DNA of 64,000 nucleotides from Centroscyllium fabricii (GCA_051313645.2 JBNRSN020000003.1:506230001-506294000), one strand, 5' to 3'; counted from the stretch's first letter, positions 45,530 to 58,033 are shown. Translations and numbers: made by a program. Notes: generated by a model from the sequence alone, not told the origin.

Positions 45530-47857
45530 GCATTCTTACAATGCAGCCAAGATAATTTTCTGAAACAATATGTGGGGTCACCTACAAGGGGGGGGGCGGT
45601 ACTAGACCTAATACTTGGGAACGAGGACGGGCAGATAGAGGAGGTAACAGTGGGGGAGCACTTCGGGGATAGCGACCACAATTCAGTTAGTTTCAAGATT
45701 GTAATGGAGAAAGATAAAAATGGACCAGGGGTAAAAATACTTAACTGGGGGAAGGCGGATTTCAATAAAATTAGGAACGATGTAACCGCAGTAGATTGGG
45801 GCCATCTCCTCAGAGGAAGATCTGCATCAGAGCAGTGGGAGGCCTTCAGAGGGGAAGTCGGGAAGATACAGGAGGAACATGTTCCTGCAAAAATTAAGGG
45901 TGGGGGAGACAAACAAAGGGAACCTTGGATGTCTAGGGATATATGTAAATTAATGAAGAAAAAAAGGGGGGCTTTTAACGAATATAAACGGCTAAAAACT
46001 GAGGAGGCACTAGGGGAGTATAAGAAATACAGGGGGGATTTAAAGAAGGAGATAAGAAAAGCCAAGAGAGGTCATGAGATTACAATGGCCGGTAAAATCA
46101 AGGATAACCCTAAGGCATTTTATAGTTATATAAAAAACAAAAGGATCACGAGGGAAAGGGTGGGGCCCATAAAAGACGATAGCGGAAAGCTGTGCGTCGA
46201 GCCTGAGGAGGTGGGGGAGGTACTAAATGAATTCTTCTCTTCAGTATTCACAAGAGAGAGGGACGATACCGACATTGAAATCGGACAGAATGTAGGGGGG
46301 GTAATTAAGGATATTACTATTACAAGGGAAGAAGTTCTAGAAATCTTGGGAGGCTTAAAGGTGGACAAATCACCAGGGCCGGACGCAATGTTCCCCAGGC
46401 TGCTGTTCGAGGCCAGGGAGGAGCTTGCGGGCCCCCTGTCTCAAATCTTCAGGACCTCTCTCGCGTCAGGGGATGTGCCTGAGGACTGGAGAACGGCTAA
46501 TGTAGTACCCCTGTTTAAAAAGGGTAGTAGGGACAAACCGGGCAACTACAGGCCAATCAGTCTTACATCTGTAGTGGGGAAAGTAATGGAAAAAATTCTG
46601 AGGGATAAAATCAGTTCGCATTTGGACAACCAAGGTCTAATAAGAGACAGTCAGCATGGCTTCGTCAAAGGTAAGTCGTGCCTGACCAATCTGTTGGAAT
46701 TCTTCGAGGAAGTAACAAAGAGGGTGGATGAAGGGAGTACTGTGGACGTAGTATATATGGACTTTAGCAAAGCTTTTGATAAAGTCCCACATAGGAGACT
46801 AATAACAAAGGTTAGAGCGCACGGGATACAGGGTAACTTGGCACAGTGGATCGAAAACTGGCTGGGGGATAGGAGACAAAGGGTAATGGTAGAGGGCTGC
46901 TTCTGTGACTGGAAACCAGTAACCAGTGGCGTCCCCCAAGGATCGGTTTTGGGACCCTTACTGTTTCTAGTATACATCAACGATTTGGATATGGGAGTAG
47001 GGGGTACGATCAGCAAATTCGCTGATGATACGAAAATCGGAAGGGTGGTAAACAACGATGAGGATAGTAAGGGGCTTCAGGAGGATATAGACATAATGGT
47101 AAATTGGGCAGAAAAATGGCAAATGGAGTTCAACCCAGAGAAATGCGAGGTCATTCAATTCGGTAGACCAAATGGGGTAAGGGAATATACCATGAACAAC
47201 AAAACGTTAAATAGGACCGAGGAGCAGAGGGACCTGGGGGTACAGGTGCACAGCTCCCTGAAGGTTGCTGGACACGTTAACAAGGTGGTTAAGAAGGCAT
47301 ACGGAATCCTCGCCTTTATTAACCAGGGCATAGTATACAAAAGTAGGGAGGTAATGTTAAACCTGTATAACACACTGGTGAGACCTCAGCTGGAGTACTG
47401 TGTGCAGTTCTGGTCACCGCACTACAGGAAGGATGTGGCTGCCCTGGAGAGGGTGCAGAGAAGGTTTACCAGGATGATACCTGGTCTGGCGGACCTATGC
47501 TACGAGGAAAGGCTGGACAGGCTGGGGTTGTTTGCCTTGGAGAAAAGAAGGTGGAGGGGTGACATGATTGAGGTGTACAAGATCATGAGGGGACACGATA
47601 GGGTAGACAAAGGGGCATTGTTTCCCCTGGTGGGAGAGTCAAGCACCAGGGGACATAGATTCAAGATCAGGGGGGGGAGGTTTAGGGGGGAGGTAAGGAG
47701 AAATTTCTTTACCCAGAGGGTGGTGGAAGACTGGAACTCCCTGCTTGTGAGGGTGGTGGAGGCAGGAACCATCACAACATTTAAAAAATACTTGGACCAG
47801 CACATGAAGGACCATAACATACAGGGTTATGGGCCAGGTGCGGGCAACTGGGGTTAG
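45530..47857 (+). CDS. CR1 ORF2 (APE endonuclease C-terminus + RT), no internal stops
   Basis: PTRGGAVLDLIL, GDSDHN, KSPGPD, NYRPISLTS, GVPQGSVLGP, FADD. The first ~104 aa of the predicted 879-aa ORF come from flanking DNA. Confidence 0.9.
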   Translation, partial: AFLQCSQDNFLKQYVGSPTRGGAVLDLILGNEDGQIEEVTVGEHFGDSDHNSVSFKIVMEKDKNGPGVKILNWGKADFNKIRNDVTAVDWGHLLRGRSASEQWEAFRGEVGKIQEEHVPAKIKGGGDKQREPWMSRDICKLMKKKRGAFNEYKRLKTEEALGEYKKYRGDLKKEIRKAKRGHEITMAGKIKDNPKAFYSYIKNKRITRERVGPIKDDSGKLCVEPEEVGEVLNEFFSSVFTRERDDTDIEIGQNVGGVIKDITITREEVLEILGGLKVDKSPGPDAMFPRLLFEAREELAGPLSQIFRTSLASGDVPEDWRTANVVPLFKKGSRDKPGNYRPISLTSVVGKVMEKILRDKISSHLDNQGLIRDSQHGFVKGKSCLTNLLEFFEEVTKRVDEGSTVDVVYMDFSKAFDKVPHRRLITKVRAHGIQGNLAQWIENWLGDRRQRVMVEGCFCDWKPVTSGVPQGSVLGPLLFLVYINDLDMGVGGTISKFADDTKIGRVVNNDEDSKGLQEDIDIMVNWAEKWQMEFNPEKCEVIQFGRPNGVREYTMNNKTLNRTEEQRDLGVQVHSSLKVAGHVNKVVKKAYGILAFINQGIVYKSREVMLNLYNTLVRPQLEYCVQFWSPHYRKDVAALERVQRRFTRMIPGLADLCYEERLDRLGLFALEKRRWRGDMIEVYKIMRGHDRVDKGALFPLVGESSTRGHRFKIRGGRFRGEVRRNFFTQRVVEDWNSLLVRVVEAGTITTFKKYLDQHMKDHNIQGYGPGAGNWG

Positions 47858-47943
47858 TACAGGGAGGAGTTTTCCTGGGCCGGTGCGGACTGGATGGGCC
47901 GAATGGCCCTTATCCGCACTGTAAAATTTCTATGATTCTATGA
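45531..47943 (+). mobile_element. CR1 LINE, 5'-truncated, young
   Basis: Intact ORF2, 3' UTR hairpin, (TTCTATGA)n tail. Confidence 0.93.
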
Positions 47944-48478
47944 TAGTCCAACGGTTTTATTTTAAATCACAAGCTTTCGGAGTGCTGTCCACCGGAGGAA
48001 AGCTTGTGATTTAAAATAAAACCGTTGGACTATAATCTGGTGTTGTGTGACTTCTTGCATTTGTCCACCATATTTACAACAGACCTTTTATTGAAGATTT
48101 TAAAGTTAATTTGTTTTTACAGATTTTGGTTGGTTTTATGAGCTTTATTTGCCTGAATGGTAACAGAGTGCATCACCAACATCATCAGGGAACTGGCTCT
48201 GGGAAGTCATTGCCTCGAAAAAGCAAGAGAGCCAAATTAACATAGATTTAAAATGACAAAAATCACTGAAGCATCCAGAGTTAATGACTGCATCTTCTGT
48301 TGTTGATACTGCTCCTTCACACTGTCTAGCTCAGTAAGTCCGCCAAGCCAGATCCCCATGAGGTTTAAAACACTCACTGTTCAAACAAAAATATTCACAC
48401 ACACAAAAACATCCAACAGAAATGGACAGGAAAAACACAAAATAAAATCTGAAACCAAAATTCTTTATATAATCATTT

Positions 48479-51400
48479 TGTGGAGGCATGCAAGGCTGAA
48501 GGACCACGCTGGACACAGGGGGTTCGGAAGGAGCACTTTTATTACAGTAAGCTGTTACAACTATGGCCAGGTGGAGAAGAGAGAGAGCCACCTGGCGCTC
48601 AGGTATTTAAAGGTCCCGCGGTTGGGGACATCACTGCCGGCCGGCCACCTGGTGACGTCATCACGTCGGGGATGCCCGTGCGTCCTCCGACGGGCGGGGC
48701 CGTTTTGCAGCTTTCCCAGAGCGGGTTCGTAGCTGCCGGTGGGCGTGTCGCCACACAGCTCCCCCCCAGAATCCGCGAGGGGAAGTGTAGTTGCCTAGAG
48801 GAGAGGGAGACAAAAAGGAGAGCAAACACATATTTCGATAACACACAGAATGTCCGACAGTTTGCCGCAATGGCCTGGTTTTGTGGCCGGCAGGTGTTGT
48901 GTGCTGTTCCGTGGTTCGAAGGATGGTGTTGTGGCGGGCCGCCAGTGTTCTGCCAGTTTTGCCTCAGGCGAGGCGCTTAGGTGGCCTGATGGTGCGGCCG
49001 GCACGTGTGATGTGTTGCTTGTTGGTCTGTGTGGGAGTGTGGGCGGGTTTTGGTGCGGTAGGGCGGCCGCGTTTAGGTGGTTGTGCGGGGACTGTTGTCT
49101 CGCCCGCCATTACGTGTGCTGGTTTGAGCCGGTCAATGGATACGGTCTCAGTTCTGTTGCCCATTTGAATGTCAAAAGTTTTGGGTCCCGCCCGAAGCAC
49201 TCTGAATGGCCCGTCGTACGGTGCCTGCAGCGGTGTTTTGTGTGAGTCATGGCGGACAAACACATATTTGGCGTCTTGAATGGCCTCGGGGACCCGTGTC
49301 GCCGGTTGTCCGTGGCGGGCCACCGGAAGTGGTTTGAATTCTGCTGCCTGGTTGTTGAATTCCCTGAGGCAGCGCTCGGCTGACCAGGGTTCGTTTGTTT
49401 CCGCCACGAACTCGCCTGGTACCGTTAGTGGTTGGCCGTAAACGAGCTCGGCTGCCGAGGCGTGTAGGTCTTCTTTGGCCGCCGAGTGGAGGCCGAGCAT
49501 TACCCAGGGCAGGCGGTCCGTCCAGGTTGCATCCTGGAGGCTGGCCCGCAGGGATGTTTTGAAAGTTCGGTGGAACCGTTCGCAGAGGCCATTGGCTTGC
49601 GGGTGGTAGGCAGTGGTTCGGTGCAGGGTTACCCCGAGGTCGTGAGCGATGGTTGACCATAGAGTTGAAGTGAATTGGGGGCCCCGTCTGAAGTAATGTC
49701 GTTGGGGACGCCGAAGCGGGCGACCCAGGTGGCGATGAAGGCCCTGGCCAGTTCGGCGGTGGTGGTCGTGTTGAGGGGAACCGCTTCGGGCCAGCGGGTG
49801 GTGCGGTCGACCATTGTGAGGAGGTAGGAGTGACCACGTGATGGGGGTAGTGGTCCGACCAGGTCGATGTGCACGTGGCTGAAACGTCTGGCTGGGATGA
49901 CGATTGGTTGGAGCGGTGCTTTGATGTGGTTGTGCACCTTGGCTCGCTGGCAGGCATTGCACGAGGTGGTCCAGGCGCGGACATCTTTATTTAGGCCGCG
50001 CCAAACGAATCGCGCAGAGATGAGCTTGGTGGATGCGCGGGCGCCGGGGTGGGAGAGGCCGTGGAGGGTCTGGAATATGTGTTGCCTCCACGCGTGGGGG
50101 ACCACGGGCCTGGGTTGGGGCAGGGTGACGTCGCAGCGGACCCCCGTGGCTGTGGGTCCGTGTGCTACGGTGGCTAAGAGTAGGCCGGGAAGTTTGTTGG
50201 TGGGGTCGAGGAGGTCGGGGTCGGTGAGTTGGTCGGCCGCCATTTTGACGTAGTCGACCGCGGTCTGGACCGCGTTGGTGGTTGGGTATGCGCAGCAGTG
50301 TGCACAGGCGTGGTCGGTGGCTGGAGTTGGGGGGTTGTCGGCTCTGTCGGTTTGGGTGCCGGTGGTGCCTGCGCTGCTGGTGGCGGGGCACAAGGAGTGG
50401 TTGTTGGGGCGGTCGGGGTTGGGTTTGTCAATGGCGGGTCGTGAGAGGCAGTCAGCGACCACGTTGTCGCGGCCGGCAATGTGCTGGATGTCGGTCGTGA
50501 ACTCTGACACGGTCGCGAGCTGGCGCTGCTGCCTGGCCGACCAGGGTTCGGAGCGCTTAGCCATTGCGGAGACCAGCGGTTTGTGATCTACAAATGCCGT
50601 AAAGTGGCGGCCCTCCAAGAGGAAGCGAAAGTGGCGCACCGCGAGGTAGAGAGCGAGTAGCTCCCTATCGAAGGCGCTGTACTTGACCTCTGGGGGCCGG
50701 AGGTGCCGGCTGAAAAAGGCCAGTGGTTGCCATGAGTCGCCCGACCACTGCTCGAAGACTGCTCCGACAGCGTGGTCGGAGGCGTCGGTGGTGAGGGCTA
50801 CTCTGGCGTTGGGCCTGGGGTGGCTGAGTAGGGTGGCTTTGGCGAGGGCGGTGTCGGCTTCGGCTGTCCACTCGACCGCGGTCTTGTTGGACTGCCCATG
50901 GGTGGCCCGATAAAGGGGGGCCATGAGGGCGGCTGCGCCGGGAATAAAACGGTTGTAAAAATTAACCATCCCGAGGAATTCCTGCAGCCCCTTGATGGAG
51001 TGCGGGCGGGGGAATTCCTGGACGGCCTGCACCTTGGAGGGCAGGGGTATGGCCCCGGTGTGGGAGATGTGGTGGCCGAGGAAGTCGATAGCCTCGAGGC
51101 CGAATCGACACTTGGAGGGGCTTAATATGAGGCCGTGTTCGGCCAGGCGTTTAAAAAGGGTTCTAAGGTGGATGAGGTGTTCCCGGGGGGAGGCGCTGGC
51201 CACCAGGATGTCGTCAAGGTAGACGAATGTGAACTGCAGGTCCCGGAGGACTGAGTCCATGAGGCGCTGGAAGGCCTGGGCCGCGTTTTTGAGTCCGAAG
51301 GGCATCCGGAGGAATTCGAATAGGCCGAATGGGGTGATGACGGCTGTCTTAGGGACATCCGCCGGGTGCACTGGGACTTGGTGGTAGCCCCGCACAAGGT

Positions 51401-53280
51401 CGATTTTTGAAAAGACCGTGCAGCCGGCTAGCCTCACGGAAAAATCTTGGATGTGGGGGACTGGGTACCTATCCGGGGTGGTGGCGTTGTTGAGGCGGTG
51501 GTAGTCTCCGCAGGGGCACCAGCCGCCGTCGGGTTTGGGGGCAATGTGGAGGGGGGAGGCCCAGGGGCTGCTGGAGCGGCGGATGATGCCGAGCTGTTCC
51601 ATGATGTGGAACTCGGCGCGCGCGATCTCTAGCTTGGCTGGGTCCAGCCTGCGTGCGTGGGCATGGACTGCGGGGCCTGTGGTGGTGATGTGATGCTCTA
51701 CGCCGTGCTTGGCGGAGCGGGCTGTGAAGGTTGGGTTGGTTAGGATCGGGAACTCGGCGAGCAGCGTGGCGTACGTGTCGGAGTTGCGGGCCCGGCAGTG
51801 GGCTGCCGTGTGGGTCTGGTGTGCTGGGGCTGTGGAGCAAGGGATGGTTGACATGATTTGGATGTCGACCAGGCGGCGCCGGGTAACATCGACCAGGAGC
51901 CCGTGGGCGCACAGAAAATCGGCTCCGAGTAGGGGCATGTTAACCTGCGCGGTAATGAAGTCCCACGTATACCTGTGGCCTGCTAGTTTAATGGTAAGCT
52001 GGCGGGTACCGAACATGAGTATCTCGGAGCCGTTTGCGGCTTCGAGTGGTGGGCCTCGGGTGCCCTGCTTGGATTCTGCGGGGGAGGCTGGCACGATGCT
52101 GTGCTGCGCGCCTGTGTCGCAGAGGAAGCGGAGGCCTGAGACGCTGTCTGTAACGAAGAGCAGCGCTCCGGAGCGGCCGACGCACATGGTGGAGCTGGGG
52201 CTGGTTTCGGGTTTGAAGTTGCAGGGCGGAACGCAGTGCTGCGCTTTGGCTTCAAACCTGGTGTGGTAGTAGCACCAGCCGGGTCCCGCGGTGCGTGGCT
52301 TTTTGTGGGTCCGCGTGGCTCTGAGTTGGGGCCGGGGTTGTGGGTAGTGCTGCTCTTGTTGAGCGGCAGCGTTACGGTGCATGGTGGCGCGGGTGCGCTC
52401 GGCCTTAATAAGCTTGTCTGCCTCCTGAGCTAGCTGCCTGTTTGAGAGGTGCTCCAAGACCGTCAGTGTCGGTCTGATGGAGGGCGGCAGCTTAAGGAGG
52501 TAGAGGGCGCGCTTAAGGGTGGCCGGGTCGCGATTGAGCGCCTCAAACTGGGTCCACAAGTCGGTGGGGTCTGCGTCTCCGAGGTCGGGGAGGTTAATGA
52601 CCTGGCAATCGCGCTCGAAAATGGTTGGGGTAAATTTTTCAAGCAGCGCGGCCTTTAGCGATTCGTACCTGCCAGCAGAAGTGTCTTCCTCGATGGTGTC
52701 CCACATTCTGTCGATGGTGGACTGTGCGAGGGCTGCGAAGAGCAGGCTGTAGCGGTCGTCTCCCTGCACGCCATGGATGCGGAAGGTGTTCTCCGCGTTG
52801 CGAAACCAAGCCGCTGGATGGAGCTCCCAGAACTGTGGTATGGCTGGAACCGGGAGGTAAACTTGGCCCCGTCTGCCTTGGCGTGCTGAGTCATTTACTG
52901 CTGGCATGGTGGTAGCGATTCCACTGAGGCAGCTTGGCCCTCAGTCCTGCAGCGGCTGCTTCATTGTTCACCTGAGAATCGTCCCAAGTATCGGGGTCAC
53001 CACTGTGGAGGCATGCAAGGCTGAAGGACTACGCTGGACACAGGGGGTTCGGAAGGAGCACTTTTATTACAGTAAGCTGTTACAACTATGGCCAGGTGGA
53101 GAAGAGAGAGAGCCACCTGGCGCTCAGGTATTTAAAGGTCCCGCGGTTGGGGACGTCACTGCCGGCCGGCCACCTGGTGACGTCATCACGTCGGGGATGC
53201 CCGTGCGTCCTCCGACGGGCGGGGCCGTTTTGCAGCTTTCCCAGAGCGGGTTCGTAGCTGCCGGTGGGCGTGTCGCCACA
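48479..53280 (-). mobile_element. Ty3/Gypsy LTR retrotransposon, CsRn1 clade, young
   Basis: 277-bp LTRs at 53004-53280 and 48479-48755 (two differences seen); TSD ATTT; PBS TGGTGACCCCGA (tRNA-Trp); PPT GGGGGGAG; CHCC Gag motif. Confidence 0.93.
48964..52907 (-). CDS. Single-frame Gag-Pol with one frameshift in the integrase (~49688)
   Basis: CYYHTRFEAKAQHCVPPC, LCDTGAQ, YLDD, TTDASD, HGLSHPG..C..C, HIDLVGP, TSD/RGPQF, YHPQANGLCER, APYDGPF. Confidence 0.9.
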
Positions 53281-53311
53281 ATTTGATCTTTAAAAAAAAA
53301 GTGCATATGGC

Positions 53312-56300
53312 TGTAGTAAACCACTGTTGTATATTGTAGTTCACTCTTACCTGCTGTATGTAACCTAGCTGGACATGCCCCTGCTGACTTCGCCTGTGGC
53401 TCCTCCCTCAGACCCAGGTACAAAGGTGATTGTTTCCCAACCCCCCTTCAGTCCTGGACCAGTTGATCAGCAGAGGCATGCTCTCATTCTTTAGTGAATA
53501 AAAGCCTATTTGTTACTTGTATAACTTCTAGTCTTTTGGAGTTATTGATAGCGCATCAATTTTATTCACTAAATTTTTTACGATGGAGCAAATATTGAAG
53601 CCTGAACGGCTAGAACTGGATCCCCAATCAGCGGATGCCTCCAACAACTTCGAGCACTGGCTGAGCTGCTTCGAAGCATTCCTGCAGGTCTCCACCGCTA
53701 CAGTCAAGTCCGATGCCGACAAGCTGCTTGTACTCAACTCACGGGTGAGCCACCAAGTGTATTCGATGATTAGAGACGCTAAATCCTATACGGACGCGAT
53801 CAAACTCTTGAAAAGCCAATATACTAAAACGGTTAATGAGGTCTATGCCAGACACCTCTTGGCTACCCGCAAGCAGCGACCCGGGGAATCGGGCGACGAA
53901 TATCTACGGGCACTGAGAGTCCTCGGTCGGGCCTGCCAGTGCAAATCGGTGACGGCCACAGATAACACGGAGGACTTAATCCGGGACGCCTATGTCGCCG
54001 GCATCAGGTCCAGCTATACCCGGCAGAGACTGTTGGAACAGAGCGGGCTAGACCTGCAGAAGGCTGTGATCCTTGCTGACTCGCTGGACGTGGCCCACTG
54101 AAACATGGACGCCTACTCCCCTGACCACGCGGCCGCATCGTGGATGTCACGGGCGCCGCCTTCTTGGGACTCGGGAGGGCCGCAAGCCTGCGCCACGTTG
54201 TGGCCCACCAGCGACCCGACTACAGCCACAATGTCCAGAGGCCCGCGACCCACCAGCGACTCGACTACAGGCCCGAAGTACTACTTCTGCGGCCAGGCCA
54301 AGCACCCCAGGCAACGCTGCCCAGCAAAAGACACGATCTGCTCCGGTTGCGGTAAGAAGGGACACTACGCTAAGATGTGCAAGGCCAAATCGACCTCCAA
54401 CTCCAGCAGCGCCGCGTGTGGGCCGCCATCTTGGACGCCACCAGCCACGTGTGAGCCATGCGGGCCGCCATTTTGGGACCAGGCCCCCGACTCCCCCACC
54501 GCCTCAACCGAGTACGACAGCAACCCACCGAACCCAACGCTGGCCTCCATCACCCTGGATCAATCCAGGCCTCACCAACTCGCCAGATCCATGATGAACA
54601 TTAAGGTAAGCGGCCGCGATAGGAACTGCCTGATTGACTGCGGGAGCACCGAGAGCTTTGTCCACCCCGACACGGTGCGGCGCTACTCCCTCCCAGTAAT
54701 GCCAGCTAGCCAAAAGATTTCTATGGCCTCCAAGTCCCATACAGCGGACGTCGGCGGCTACTGCGTAGTGACCATGACTGTGAGGGGCACGGAGTACAAG
54801 GATTTCAAGCTCCTCATCCTACCACAGCTCTGCGCTGCCGTGCTTCTTGGGCTAGATTTCCAATGTCACCTAGAGAGTGTCACAATGGCGTACGATGGGC
54901 CCCTTCCCCCTCTCGCTGTCCGCAGCCAGCAGTTTTTTAAAATCGCCCACCGTGCATCATCCCCCCTCCCACTGCCTACAGCCAGCAGCCTTTAAATCGC
55001 CCACTGCACAACATCTGCAGCCTCTTGACTCTTAGTCACCCCTCCCCCGCTGTTTGCTAACCTTACCCCAGACTGTAAGCCCATCACCACCAAGAGTAGG
55101 CGATACAGTACTGGGGACAGACTGTTTATCAAATCAGAGGTGCAACGACTCCTCAAGGAGGGGATCATCGAGGCTAGCACCCGCCCCTGGAGACCCCAAG
55201 TGGTGGTCATCAAGACCGGTGAGAAACACCGCATGGTCATTGACTATAGCCAGACCATCAACAGGTACACGCAGCTGGACGCATAGCCCCTTCCCTGCAT
55301 ATCTGACATGGTCAATCAGATTGCACAGTACCGGGTATTCTCCACCATCGACCTCAAGTCTGCATACCACCAACTCCATATCTGCCCAGAGGACCGCCAG
55401 TACACTGCCTTTGAGGCGGATGGCCGCCTCTACCACTTCTTTAGGGTCCCCTTCGGCGTCACCAATTGGGTCTCGGTCTTCCAACGGGAGATGCACTGAA
55501 TGGTTGATCAGAACGGGCTGCAGGCCACATTCCCGTACCTGGATAATGTCACCATCTGTGGCCATGACCAGCAGGACCACAACGCCAACCTCCAGAAATT
55601 TCTCCGCACCGCCCAACGCCTAAACCTGACTTACAACAAGGAGAAATGCATATTTCGCACAACCCGCCTTGCCATCCTTGGCTGCGTTGTGGAGAATGGG
55701 GTCATCGGTCCCGGCCCCGACCGCATGCGCCCCCTCCTGGAACTCCCCCTCCCCCACTGCCTCAAGGCCCTGAAGAGATGCCTGGGCTTCTTTTCGCATT
55801 ACGCCCAGTGGGTCCCCAATTATGCGGACAAAGCCCGTCCACTCATCAAATCCACCTCTTTTCCCCGGACGGCAGAAGCCCGCCTAGCCTTCAGCAGTAT
55901 TAAGGAAGACATTGCGAAGGCCACAATACACGCTGTGGATGAATCCACCCCGTTCCAGGTGGAGAGCGATGCGTCCGACTTTGCCCTGGCCGCTACCCTT
56001 AACCAGGCGGGCAGACCCGTGGCCTTCTTCTCACGAACACTCCAGGGCCCGAAATTCGACACTCCTCTGTCGAAAAGGAGGCCCAGGCCATTGTGGAAGC
56101 TGTGCGGCACTGGAGGCATTACCTGGCCGGTAAACGATTCACCCTGCTGACTGACCAACGTTCAGTTGCTTTTATGTTTAATAACAAGCAGCGGGGCAAA
56201 ATCAAAAATGACAAGATATTGAGGTGGAGAATCGAACTTTCCACCTACAATTATGATATCTTGTACCAGCCCGGGAACCTCAATGAGCCCCCAGATGCCC

Positions 56301-57745
56301 TATCCCGCGGGACATGTGCCAGCGCACAGGTGGATCGGCTGCAGACCCTTCACAATGACCTCTGCCACCCGGGGGTCACCAGGTTCTTCGACTTCGTCAA
56401 GACCCGCAACCTACCTTACTCCATCGAGGAGGTCAGCACCATGACCAGGAACTGCCAAGTCTGTGCCGCGTGCAAACCGCACTTCCATAGGCCAGACAGA
56501 GCACACCTGATAAAGGCCACCCGCCGACTTTAAAGGGCCCCGCCCCTCCCCTCCTCTGACCGCAATGTGTACTTCCTCAATATCATTGATGAGTACTCAC
56601 GTTTCCCTTTTGCCATCCCCTGCCCGGACATGACCTCTGCCACGTCATCAAGTGTCTGCACAATCTCTTCGCCCTGTTTGGGTTCCCCAGCTATATCCAT
56701 AGCGACCGTGGTTCCTCATTTATGAGTGATGAGCTGCGCCAGTACCTGCTCGCAAGAGGAGTCGCCATGAGCAGGACTACCAGCTACAACCCCCGGGGGA
56801 ACGGACAGGTAGAGAGGGAGAACGCAACAGTCTGGAAGACCGCCCTGCTAGCCCTGAAGTCTAGAGGCCTTCCAGTCTCCCACTGGCAAGATGTCCTCCC
56901 TGATGCGCTCCAATCAGATCTCTACTCTGTACCGCCACCAACGCTACTCCTCACAAAAAAATGTTTCTCTTTTCTAGGAAGTCCACCTCAGGGACCTCGC
57001 TACCAACGTGGCTGACGTCCCTAGGGCCTGTCCTGCTCCGGAAGCACGTGAGGAGCCATAAGTCGGATCCCCTGGTTGAAAGGGTCCATTTCCTCCACGC
57101 CAACCCCAAATATGCCTATGTTGCATACCCTGACGGGCGGGAGGGCACGGTCTCCATCAGAGATCTAGCACCCTCAGGAGCCCGAGACCACAGTCACCCA
57201 CCACCCCTCACCATTACCCCCCACCGCTACCCACGATGCACCAGTGTCAAGGCATGTTCTTCTAGCCCCTGTAGACGGCACGCCAAGGCCCCAGGATCCA
57301 TCGCTGAGCACCCGCCATCTCGACGCAGCGGAGGACAACACACCGGTGCTCCAGACCGCCCAGGATTCAACACCTGCACCGCGGCCAGTACTACGACGGT
57401 CGCAGCGGCGGACCAGACCCCCCGAAAGACTTAATTTATGATAAATGTTAACCCACTTCACCCCGCCGGACTCATTTTAAACAAGGGGTGAATGTGGTAA
57501 ACCACTGTTATTGTATTATAGTTCACTCTTACCTGCTGTATGTAACCTAGCTGGACATGCCCCTGCTGACTCCGCCTGTGGCTCTTCCCTCAGACCCAGG
57601 TATAAAGGTGACTGTTTCCCAACCCCCCTTCAGTCCTGGACCAGTTGATCAGCAGAGGCATGCTCTCATTCTTTAGTGAATAAAAACCTATTTGTTACTT
57701 GTACAGTATAACTTCTAGTCTTTTGGAGATATTGATAGCGCATCA
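53312..57745 (+). mobile_element. Ty3/Gypsy LTR retrotransposon (Mag-like Gag), decayed, no tRNA PBS
   Basis: LTRs at 53312-53558 and 57493-57745; TSD ATGGC; PPT ACAAGGGGTGAA. Confidence 0.92.
53583..57441 (+). pseudogene. Gypsy gag-pol with premature stops and frameshifts
   Basis: Twin knuckles (FCGQAKH..C, CSGCGKKGHYAKMC), IDCGS protease, YLDN RT, ESDASD RNase H, HNDLCHPG, YNPRGNGQVER. Confidence 0.88.
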
Positions 57746-57907
57746 ATGGCAACATTTGCTCTTTATAAATATGTATCTGTACTATGCAAATCCTTTTCCA
57801 ACACTCTCTCTATCCTCCCCATTTTATCTTATTTCCTGTTCTCCTTCCCAAGGCAGTGACTCTTACTAGATAATGATCAGAAGTGGGAACACCAACTGAT
57901 TTTTTTC

Positions 57908-58033
57908 ATGATAGCAAAATACTGTGGATGCTGGAAATCGAAAACAACAGAAAACGCTGAAACGTTAACTCTGTTTCTCTCTCCACTGATGCTGCCTGAC
58001 CTGCAGAGTTTCTCCAGCGTTTTCTGTTGTTAG
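57908..58033. mobile_element. Fold-back Penelope family B mini-insertion
   Basis: Inverted pLTR pieces flanked by AACTGAT(5-6T)C duplications. Confidence 0.7.

Larger units (their letters stand above)
45461..48065. mobile_element. Fold-back Penelope family A mini-insertion split by a CR1
   Basis: pLTR pieces at 45461-45530 and 47943-48065; 12-bp TSD CACCATATTTAC. Confidence 0.8.

Noticed and set aside
54099-54101. Programmed readthrough at the gag TGA of the 53312 element
   Set aside because: The stop lies inside Gag before the knuckles in a TGA-AAC context. The element has other stops, consistent with CGA-to-TGA decay.
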